This document shows positions 12,301 through 24,300 of a DNA stretch of 64,000 nucleotides, piece after piece. Below the pieces are notes generated by a model. That model had not been told where the DNA came from and did not search any database. It saw only the letters and a list, made by a program, of their open reading frames with translations. This stretch comes from Asterias rubens (lineage: Eukaryota), in the NCBI RefSeq assembly GCF_902459465.1, contig NC_047074.1, positions 12,958,001-13,022,000 on the forward strand, written 5' to 3'. The translations under genes were made by a program, and so were the position numbers. Each line of letters opens with the position of its first letter. Positions within the stretch are counted from its first letter, which is position 1.

Positions 12301-15300
12301 AGTGATGCTGTTCATTTAGAGTAAGTCAAAACTGCCTAATTAGAGATATTTAGATTTCTCACCTCTCCAAATCGAGTTTTAAGAAAATTCGTCAAACCTA
12401 TGTGTTGTCAAACCCTTCGAAATAGTACCTGCAATTATGATGCGAAACTTTGAGCTGGAATAGCTTCCTCTGAAATTAATAACATTGGCTAGAAGATCAG
12501 CCATGCGGATGACTTTGAGTGCAGATCGTTTGCCAGAAACTAGAAATAAACGGACTGTCTAAAACGTGAGATATTGATCAAACTTTCAGAACTGGCTCTC
12601 ATACTTTGTCATTTTTTTTCTCGTATAAACCAGGTTCACAGTTGACAAGCTGACAGCGCAGAAAGAATTCCTGATCGACCTCTCGGTGTCCCTGTGCATA
12701 GATGGCACCTGCACACCGATCAACCTGTTACAGGGAGCCCATGTACCCATCCCGATCTGTAACACAAATGCTACCTTCTCCCTACCAGGCGACGGTTCAA
12801 TCGCTGGGTACCTGGACACTTTAGCAGGGGAAATAACTGATGTAGCTGTGGACTTGGTGCTTGACACTCTGGGGCTGAAGGTGACTTTAACCACTTTGTA
12901 CAATCATAACTTTGTAATGGGCCAAGAGACATTTATAATACAACAACAATACTAATCAGATTTCAATGCCAACATTCAAACTGTAGAGAAAACATACATT
13001 TATATTTAAATTATTTTCTTTTTATAGAATTTCATACAAACGGACTCATGTGGTCTTCCTCCAGCAACTAGTGATGACGGCAAGTGTTAATGTTTTTTTC
13101 TAAATAAATGACAAACTGTTGCATATTTATAAATCCCATAACTCGTCAGAACAAACTCTTAACCGCATTTTTGAAAGTACATTTTAACACTAAGTGTCAT
13201 CCTTACCAATAAAGCTACGTTCTATCTCCCGAAATCATTAGGTTGTCCAGTTCAGTTTCCCACTGGCCGACCCACAGTTTCCTGCCGTATAAACAGCCAT
13301 TGCACAAGTCTGCACTGCTGTCTCAATTTAGACCTCAAAGTAACCCAGCTCAGCTCTAAGGCTTGGCTGGATATCGACCCTTGTGACTTCAAACTATCAA
13401 TAGGAATGGGGATGTGGTACTTCAACATCTCACTGTTCTCGTATGAGTGGGGGAAGATGGAAAGATTCTCTATTGGACGAGCGATAAATGTGGAGTAAGT
13501 TTGTCAAAATAAGAGGAGTTTGATTATTAATTTTACCAACATCTGTCTTAGAAGCAGAAGCCTTAAAATTTGTTGAACACTAGCAATTGACAAGGAGGAT
13601 TTCCAAAATATAATGCATTTTGTTTTAAGAAATTGGTCAAACAGTGAAGAAAATTAGCCATTTGGTTTTCCACCTGTTTTTGTGACTTAAATGACAGCTT
13701 CACGGTAACGTTCAAAAACAAATTGTCGGGTGATTGGGTCGCAACAACTGTTTTTGTTTTTATAAGAACTGATGTTGGCCGTGTGCCTTAAAACAGTTTG
13801 CCTTTCTTTTTTTTCCTTTTAGAAACGAGGTTTGCTTAATGCTCACTCATTATTACTGAATATTCTCACTGAAATCAGATTTTCCATTGAAAAACTGGAT
13901 GCCTTAAAGGAGTACGAGATCGATCTTGCATTCTCTCTCCAAGTCGATGACGAGACTACGGACTTCCCCCTCATGGAGGCAAAGAGAATCCCTATTCCTA
14001 TCTGTAACAACAACTTCTCCTTGGCTCTACCTGGTGACGGGTCTGTACGGGGATTCTTAGAGGAGCTTGGAGACACTGTGGGACAGTCGGCAATTGATTT
14101 GGTTTTGAGAAAGTTGAATTTATATGTGAGTTAAAACAAACAAATTTGTTACAACTTTCACCATTGTATCAATTCGAACGTTCAGTAAGATGTTTTAAGT
14201 GATTTTACTCTTGATTTTGTTTTTGCTTTCAATTTGCAAATTTTTCCAGGATGTTGTAATTGGGGGATCGTGTGAAATACCATCAGAATCGGCAAACAAT
14301 GCACTAGGTAAAGTTTACTTATTAAGTATAACCAAAGTTAACTACCTTGGTTGAATTGACAAACAAGCACCAATACTATTTTGTTTAACTATTATTTGTT
14401 ATGCAACAAAGAACATTCAAAGACTACAAATAATATCACAATTTTTCATCACTCATCACTCGGTGTTTTCTGACTTTCTATCTCCTGTCCACGATTTCAG
14501 CTTGCCCAATGATCTCCCTCCCCACCTTGGCGAACATCATCCAGTGTTCAATCGATGACCACTGTCTTGGCATTCAGTGCTGTGTAAACTTGAACTTTAT
14601 CATCACCACACTCATGCTCCATGCTAGGATCAAAGTGGACCCATGTCACTTCCAGCTTCATGTGAACTTTGAAAGATGGGAACGTAACTTTACTCTGTTC
14701 AGTTACACTTGGGGAAAAGTGGAAAGGGAACCAATCGGTGATGTTGTGACTTTAAGGTGGGTAGGGACATTTTCATAATCTCTTTTAAATCAGATCACTG
14801 TTACAGTTGAATTAAAGAATGAACTAACAAGTAAATTTCAGTTCAGTTGATACTTTTTATGACATGTTGTCAATTTGTTTTGTAGCTATTCAGTTGATAA
14901 GCTAACGGAGAAGAAGGTATTTTCTGTTACACTTGATGTTGAACTGTGCATTGACAACGCATGCGTGACAACCTCCATCTTGGATCATGTCTGGGTCCCA
15001 ATACCCATCTGTAATATCAACGCTGTTACATTCACCCTGCCAGGTGATGGTACGGTAGCTGGATTTATCAAGGACCTCGGAGGTCGTATTGGAGATTCAG
15101 CAGTTGACTTAGTTCTGGAGAAATATGGATTGAATGTAAGAATACTTTTGCTTTCGTTCATCTCGGTCAAAGTTTCCTTTCCAAGACAGTTACTTCTCCA
15201 AAACCATGATCAAACATTGGGGAAGCAACAAACAAGAAAAGCCCCTCTCTAATATTCGATACAGCTCTGCTGTGCCCTGATCAAGCTACGGCCAGATGCA

Positions 15301-18300
15301 TGTCAAAGTCGTTCTCCATGTTTTGGGTTGAAAATCTATAAAATAAAAGCTGACACAAACATTCTAAATTAAAGAAGTTATCTTCTTGAATACCTCAACA
15401 ACAAAACAATTTAAAAGAGGCGCAACCTCCAAAAGGTGTGGCCTGCTAGCAGGAAATAAAAGCATTTACTGATAACAAATGAATTATTGTTTTAGCAATT
15501 TCTCCAGATTGAACAGTGCGAGAGAGGAACACCGTACACCTTAAAAAGCAGTAAGTGTTCTTCAATATTATACGTATGTTTAATTTCATAATGACTTTTA
15601 AACGTATATTTGGCTTGAAATAACACAATGCGTGTGTGTCTACTTGCCAGGTAAAGTTTGTTCTTTGGAGAACTGTCTTGATATATTCTTCTACGCTGAG
15701 TAGATTTTTTTCGTACTTTTTTTTTTCAGGAGAATTTTTAAAAGTTTTCAATTCGGTTATGAATAGTAAAATCTGTGCAATGCCATTACGCTTTCCTTCT
15801 GAAGGTTGTCCAGGGGTCGACCTCGAACAACTTCCTGATTTCCTCTCATGTTCCCTCACCGAGTCCTGTCTTGGCATTACATGCTGTCTGGAGATGGACT
15901 TTAAGATCGTGACACGTACAGTCAATGCATGGCTCATCTTGGATCCCTGCAACTTCAACCTGTCCATCGGCTTTGGGAACTGGGAGCAAAGTATCACCTT
16001 ATTCCACTATGCTATGGGTGACTACAGGGAGGAAGTTATTAACAGTGTGCTGAGTGTAAGGTAACTTTCACAAAACCTGTATACAATCAAACATGGTTGT
16101 AGACTCTATACTCGGGGAGGGGGATTTTGGACTGTATGGTCAACCCTTGAGTATAAATTGACCTTGGTTTCGAATACAAAAAAATGCTCTCAAAATCAAC
16201 TCCGTCTTCTATTAACAGTTTCGATTTATGTTTCTGCTTGTTTTCTGTTTGAGAAGAACATGTATATTTTCTACAAACACGTGTTTTTTTCTTTATCTTT
16301 AACAAAGGTGGCGTGTCGACAAGTTAACTGTAGAGAAGCAGTTTGAGTTGTATTTACAGCTGGTCTTCTGTTTGGATGGGTCATGTAACACTGTGACTGT
16401 GTTTGAGGGTAGCCGTATTCTGATACCGCTGTGTAACACTGAAGATTCATTTGTTCTTCCCGGTTAGTGTTTTTATTTAATCTGGTGTCAAAGTATAAAG
16501 AACACATTGGCTATAATAAACATAGTTTTACCGTACTACTTTTATCCATTTTGTATAATCTCCACTTGTTAATGTAAGCCTTAAAGGCAGTGGACACTAT
16601 TGGTAACTGTCAAAGACTAGCCTTCACAGTTGGTGTATCTCAACATAAGCATAAAATAACAAACATGTGAAAATTTGAGCTCAATCGGTCAACGAAGTTG
16701 CGAGTTAATAATGAAAGAAAAATAACCATTGTCACACGGAGATGTGTGTGTTTGGATGGTTGGTTTCGAGACCTCAAGTTCTAAACTTGAGGTCTCGAAA
16801 TCAAATTCGTGGAAATTTACTTCTTTCTCGAAAACTATGGCACCTCAGAGGGAGCCGTTTCTCACAATGTTTTATACCATCAACCTCTCGTCACCAAGAA
16901 AGGTTTTATGCCAATAATTATTATGAGTAATTACCAATAGTGTCCACTGCTTTTAAAGATCATGACAATTCAAGATATATTTCTCATGTCCTTTTTATTC
17001 AGGAGATGGCACAGTATCGGGATTTCTTGAATATCTTGGCGGCAATATCGGACAATTTGCTATCGATGCAGCAATCCGACACCTGAATCTAGGCAGCTTC
17101 CTATCAGGGAAGGCATGCTCTAATTACAGACAGGGTATGTTGAGGATTTATGTTAAAATAGAGTTGTATGAGAAATACTTTTAAAGGCACCGGGCACCTT
17201 TGGTAATTGTCAAAGACCAATCTCCTAACTTGGTGTATCTCAACATATGCATAAAATAACAAACCTGTGAAAAAATTTAACTCCATTGGTCGTCAGAGTT
17301 GCGAGAGAATAACGGGAAGACCACCCTTGTCGCACAAGCTGTGTGCTTTCAGATGCTTGATTTCGAAACCTCAACTGAGGTCTCAAATTCAGTTCAGATA
17401 ATTCTTTTAGTTGGAAATTCTTTTTTTATAAGAAACTAAGTTACTTCAGAGGGAGTCTTTTCTTACAATGTAGCATACTATTAACAGCTATCCATTACTC
17501 GTTACCGAATCTAACAATTGTTTTGAGTAATTTCCAATAGTGTCGGTGCCCTTTTAAATCAAAGTAACAGGTGATAATAATTGGTATCAATTAAGACACA
17601 ATTCCCTTTTTTTCAAAAACTAAGTCACAATGTATTTTACTTCCACGTTAATTTTTGTTATAACGATATAATGTGAAGGCATCATAATGATGTGGGAACT
17701 TTTGTTGAATGGAACACATGTTAGATATCCAGTGTTTTTGTAAATTTCCCTATGTGATATTCTCCCCCGAAAAGATGTTTGTTCAAGTGCAACTGGTATC
17801 CTTGGCGACTGCTCAATCGTTGGGGAATTCTGCACAGAGCTCAGATGTTGCCTCGACTTGGATCTGAAGATAGCTGATGTCTCGGCCTCAGCGTGGTTTA
17901 AGTTTGACCCCTGTGACCTCACCTTCACTTTAGGTCTGGAGACTTGGATGTTTCATGGATCGGTCTTTACATATGAGTGGGGTAAGACAATCAAATTATG
18001 ACCATACTTTCAGATTCTATGTTCAACTTTCCCTTTCCAAGCTCTAATGTTTCTAACCAATTACTCTCTGCGCCAACTCTCTTTTCAAAAGGTAGAATAT
18101 ATTACAATACATTGTGTTTTTATCTAATGATTTCGTTGTGTTAATAGGTGGAGAGACAATGGTTTCAATTGCTCCTGGATTGAATCTTAAGTAAGTGTTG
18201 AAAAACTCTCTCTGTTAAAAAGATGCAGTGCTTGAATTTAAAACATCCGTTAGACATTTATTCATGAAAAAAAATGCATGTAATAACCTTTCTTAAAGAT

Positions 18301-21300
18301 ATTTCTCAAAGATCACTCTGGTTGTACATTATGATCTTGTGTCTCTGAGCCAAAAAATACGGACAAACAAATAAGAAACAAACATTGTTTTGTTATTTTT
18401 TTTCAAGTGTTTCTCCAAATTTACATAACCATCTTAATCGCTTTTAATTTTCACAACTTACAGATATTCAATCACCAAACTCGATGAGTCCATGGAGTTG
18501 CAAGTAGACCTGACTCTAGAGTTCTGCGTCGATGAACTTTGTACCGACATCGATATTGTGCAGACCATACCTATCCCACTTTGCAATCAAGACTTCAGCA
18601 GTTATACATTCTCGGGTAAGTTTGTATTCAGTTCACTCAAAAGTCAATTCACAAAATGACAATGAAGTTCATAACAAAATATCTTAAATAGAGCATTTGA
18701 TTGATGTAGTGTAATGTTGTATAAAATGTATTAACCTTGCACTGTCAAACAACCATTCACCAACAAGCTGGAGTTGACGACCTCTGTTTTACTGGACACT
18801 ATTGTTAACAGTTAAAATAAAAACTTACCAAGAAACGAGCACGTGAGCTTGTTCAAATTAACACATTTTCAAGCCAAGCAAGCATTACTGACACTTTAAT
18901 ACAGCACTGTTTTTTTTTACACTTTACAGTTTACAGATTTATTTTCTTTATTCCCAGTTGATGGTTTCCTACAAACAGTGTCCGGACAAATCGTACAGGG
19001 AGTAACTGAGTTACTCTTAAATCAACTAGGCATCGACCCTGACTTCTTCAATGGTGATCCGTGTGTACAACCGAAGAGTATCCAGTCTTACCGAAGTAAT
19101 TTCTCATTGTAACTAACTTTGAAATTAGTTCTAACCAAAAGGACAATTATCAGATGTCCTTCATCTTATTGACAGTTCATGGGTTACTGTTAGGAAAATT
19201 GTAAATACCTTAATTTAGCCTGTATTTATAAAACTTTATCAGCAACGTTAAAAAATGCACGATACGAAAGTATAATCATGAGTAATTCCTGTTTCAGATT
19301 GTCCAAACATGCAGCTTCCTGGTAACCTCGACTCGAGTGTACAATGTGAAATCCTGGAGTCCTGTTTTGGAATAAAGTGCTGTCTTGACGTGAACCTCGG
19401 ACCACTCAATCACAGCTTCAGTGCCTCAATGGTGGTTGACCCTTGCCTTGGTCAGCTGAAGCTGCAGTTTGGTAACTGGAAGTACAGTAAATCACTGTCA
19501 CAGTTGGACATTGGTGTCGATAAGGAGGTCACCATCGGAAACTTTGTATCGCTCATGTAAGATTCTTTATTTTCTTCTTTGCAAAAAAAAGTTGTAAATC
19601 GTAATTTGCTTTTAATTTGTTAAAATCAAGTTATAGAACTTCAACAAATATCTTCATGCCTTTGAAGAAGGTCCGGTTTGTATCGAAAGCTAAGGCCATC
19701 TACCCTACTCATTATAATAAAGCCGCATGTATATATTGTTTTGCTTTATAGATTCAAGTTGGAACTTTTTGATGGTAATATATCATCAAGTCTGTATATG
19801 GATGTATGTGTGGGTGATGTCTGCACGGGTCGAATCGTTCTACTGGATGAATCAATATCTCCACTTCCTCAGTGCTATTCCAATGGATCGATCTCATGGA
19901 GAAAGTTACCGGGTAATTGTGTTCTTATAAAATAATCCCTTCTTCAACAGTGACAGTCAGACAGTATGATTAATAGAAATATTAACAGATGTTAAATTCG
20001 CATCTGGAATAAAGAACATTCACTGTGGTCAAAGCCATATACAACGATGTGTGTTAGCACCGTATACTCAGTACTCTACCGAGCTCTGTGCACAAAATAG
20101 CAGGCATTATCTTGCAATTTTAGAGCATTGTCATACCAACTAGACCACCGAGATTGCCTGGGCCCAAAAATTTGCTTAGCACCACAATTTCTTCCTTGAT
20201 AAAAACAGGATAACCAACCAAATTGTCGTTTGTTGCATATTGCTTGTTACATGTATTCAGCTGTTGTTTGCTTATCCTGAAAATCACGTGGAAATTTTGT
20301 TGGTAATTTTGTTTTTATCAAGGCAACAAATGTCATGCTAAGCAAATTTTTGTGCTAAGCAGCGCTATGAAATTGGGCCCTGGTAGCTATGAAGCAGTTC
20401 AATTCTATGTTTTAGTAGCGGGTTCTGCTGTAGAGATGTTTCTTCAATTCGATGCACGCCCCTAAAACATTATTTATTTTGTATATTTAAGAACTGACTT
20501 CGATTTCACAACTTGGCAATTTTGAAATTGGATTAGACGTTCTTGCGCAAGCTTTGGGACTGCCAACACGTCTACTATCGGATTTGTCATGTGTTGTCTT
20601 TCATACGAGTGGCTTCACAGGTAAGCTTCAAACAACTGTTATGCGATATTTTGGAGAGAAATTAGTTTAAAGGAACACGTTGCCTTGGATCGGACGAGTT
20701 GGTCTTTGAAAACCGTTTGTTATAAAATGCATACGATTAGAAAGATATTTTAAAAGTAGAATATAATGATACACACAAGTATCACTCGAAATTGCGTGGT
20801 TTTCCTTTTACCTCGTCGACTAACACGGTCGGCCATTTATGTGAGTCAAATATTTGACCCTCATAAATGCCCGACCGTGTTAGTTCGCAAAGTAAAAGGA
20901 AAACCGCGCAATTTCGAGGCAAATTTGTGTGGATCATTGTATTGTACTTTTAAAACATCTTTCTAACCATATGCATTTTATAACAAACGGTTACAAACAC
21001 TTTTCAAAGACCAACTCGACCGATCCAAGGCAACGTGTTCCTTTAATAATTATCTTTATTTTATTTATTAATTATTTTGATGTAATGCCACATAGGTTGG
21101 TCAATGTCTCGTTGTTGTTTATATAAAAATAGTTTAAGTATGTACGACTGTATCATAGAGTATACCACAAAAACCTCTTTATTTTGTTCAACCAAATTAT
21201 ATAAGCAGTGGACACTATTGGTAATAATAACTCAAAATATTTAAAAGCATAAAACCTTCCTTGATTACGAGTAACGGGAAGAGGTTAGGAGTATAAAACA

Positions 21301-24300
21301 TTGTGAGAGACGTCTGTGCGGCACCATAATGTAGCCCGAGCCCTAAAGGTTCGGGCTACATCTAGGTACAAGTTTGGGGCTACATTTAGGTCCGGGCTAC
21401 ATTTAGGTACATGTTTGGGGCTACATTTAGGTCCGGGCTAAATTTAGGTACAGGCTAAATTTAGGTACATGTACATAAACAAAAGAGTTATTTTCCAAAG
21501 ATTGATTTTAAAACATCAGATTTAGAATTTGAGTCTCGAAATCAAGCATCTGAAAACACACAACTACTTGTGACAAGGTTTTTTTTCTTTCGTTAATATC
21601 TCGCGACCGATTGAGCTAACATTTTCACAGGTTTGTTATTTTGTGCATATATTGAGATACACCAAGTGAGAAGACTGGTCTTTGACAATTACCAATAGTG
21701 TCCAGTGTCTTTAAGCTCCATGTAATAATATTATGATCGAGCACCCTTTTCCTGATTGCGATGGATTTGTGTATATATTAAACAGGTTGTTCACTGATTA
21801 TAAAAAATACTTGTTACTTCATCAGCACATACACAAATTTTGTGTAGATTGTTAGATGATTGTTATTTTGTATCACCCTTGTTTTTTCGTTCCAGTGTGT
21901 CCCCATCTGCCTGTACTACCCGTTCTTCCATCAGGTGGAGTTTGCCAGTATGCTGATACATGCCTTGGGGTAGAGTGTTGTTTATCAGCAGACATAGGCA
22001 GCACGACTCAGACTTTACGGGCGTGGTTGACTGTAGACCCATGTGAACTGACTGCGAGTGTAGGCTTTGAAAACTGGAGTTTCAATATTACACTCTTAAG
22101 GTGAAGTTTCTGCATAAAAGATGTCACTTTTATCCCTTTCGTCTTAAAAGGTTTACTCTAAACGAAGCTACACACCATGTACAATAATAATTATTTGCAA
22201 CGGCTGCTCACTTTTTATATCTCCTAGGAATAATCTCAAGTTAGGAGTAGTCCCAACTCTTTGTGAACTCCTTGTTTAATTGCTTTTCTTGTAGTTACAA
22301 GTGGGGCAAGCAGATCAGAGAATCACTAAGTGATGTTGTCTCGATTTCATTCACCATTGACAAGACATCAAACAATCGGAACTTTGTGCTGTCACTCTCT
22401 GTTAAATTCTGCATCGCTGAGTTATGTGCTCCTGACATTATCATCTTAGATGGCTTCGTGGCACCGATTCCTTTCTGTAATGCAACGGGGACTCTGGAGT
22501 GGCCTCAGGATCTTGGTGAGTTAAATATGTTCATTCGTCATTCCAAAACGGAAAACATTCTCGAAACTAAATCCGAAGGGATGCATTCATTTTCTTCTAC
22601 AAACACAAGTTAGTTTCTTCCGTATAAACAGACAAACTACAACGTTCGAAATTGTTTAAGCTAGAAAGATTACAATCAGGGTTGGTGATAACACTTTTAA
22701 TGGCAAAACATGAACTTGTTCATCTTTTGTGTTTCCAAGGTGGTAGTGTTACAGATTATGCGAGCAGTCTGGTGGTTAACCGCCTGGGTGTTAGCACAGA
22801 TGTCCTTCTACCTCAGTCATGTAGTGGTCCACCAGAACAGATTACATCTACGATCTCAGGTAAACAATTCCTGCGAAAGACAAACTTGTCACCTTTTTTT
22901 GAAGCTTAAAATGTGGCCCTTTTCTCAGTGATGTTCAAAACAGCCTAAAGCTTAGCATTTAGTCAAGGCACACGACCCCAAATGCCACGCAAAAAATAAC
23001 CGCACTAGTCTTGTTTTCGTGCGTGAGTGCCGCTGCCGCGTGCGCCTTGACTAATATAAAGGCTTCCTCAAGGTTTGCTTTGAAACCAATTTTCAAATAA
23101 ATAAGCCCAACCGATGATTGCTGTTTGTGTTTATCTCAGGTTGTGGTTCGCTCTCCGTTCCGTCCTCCATTGCGTCTTATTGTTCTCTGGATGAATCGTG
23201 TCTCGGGGTTGGTTGCTGCTTGACCCTTGACCTGGACATAGTTCAAAGGTCATTCTCAGTGTGGGTGAAACTCGATGTATGTGCCGGTAGATTCACCTTT
23301 GGTTTTGAGGAATGGAGTCACAGTGAAGTGTTAAACATAGCAACATTGCAAAGTAAGTCAATCTAAATGTCTTTTTATTGCACTCTCAAAAAGATAAATA
23401 CGAATAGTAAACTTGCAGGTACAACTATGTGTAAAATCTCTTTTGTAGGAGTGTTGGCTCTGAAAAAGCCGGTTTGGTCTCGACGTTTCGAACAGTATAC
23501 TCTGCTCGTCTTCGGGAGAAACAAAGTTTGTCCGATTATGGCTAGTAGATAACTCCTTTAGCAAACACAATATAATTAATCACGTTAACTTTATGTTATG
23601 CGGGAAAAAATGCCAAGATCAAAGAACAACAAATTAAACAGAAAAGAAAACAAGAAAGTGTCAATAATCTCCCCGAGTAGGCCTTTTGCAGAAATATTCT
23701 AACTTATTTTGTTTTTATTTGCTTTATTTGAAGCATATTCCCAGGAGAAAAATATCGGAAACGTTAAAATCAGGTAGGTGATATTTTCTCGAAATAAAAA
23801 GGACCGTAAATAAATCTAATTTTAATTTCACTGTTTTTTGTTTGTTTAAGAATAATAGGCCTACTACTATATATCGAAGTCACCAAACATTCTATTGCTT
23901 TTTGGTTGCTTTCTCTAGATATAATATAGAGCGCCCCCATGAGTCCGTCTATGATGTTGACCTTGACCTCGCTGTGTGCTGGCAAGGGAGATGCACTGAT
24001 CCCATTGTGGTTCTTCAAGACACGTTGTTCTCTGCTTCACAATGTGGCCAGGAAGGAAGCAGTAGCAGGAGGAGGAGAAGAAGTGTTGACGATCTGTACG
24101 TTCAAAATACCGTTTACCTGCTGCAGCTAGACGGACTGTACATTTGGAAACATTTTTGTTTTGTTGAGATGCAATATAGAGCGCCCCCATGAGTCCATCT
24201 GTGACGTTCAAAATATCTTTGTAATGGTTGTGGCTAAGTTTGTTGATTCGAGTATAAGGTTTTCAAGTATTACCGAGTTGCATATGTCGCTCAATTCTAA

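Noticed and set aside
15446-15997. 183-aa minus-strand ORF
   Set aside because: Antisense shadow of exons 26-27 plus an intronic repeat; no motif.
23446-23552. Candidate exon after tttgtag (GVLALKKPVW..)
   Set aside because: No suitable donor before stops and no repeat homology; 23734-23773 supplies the required sequence and phase.
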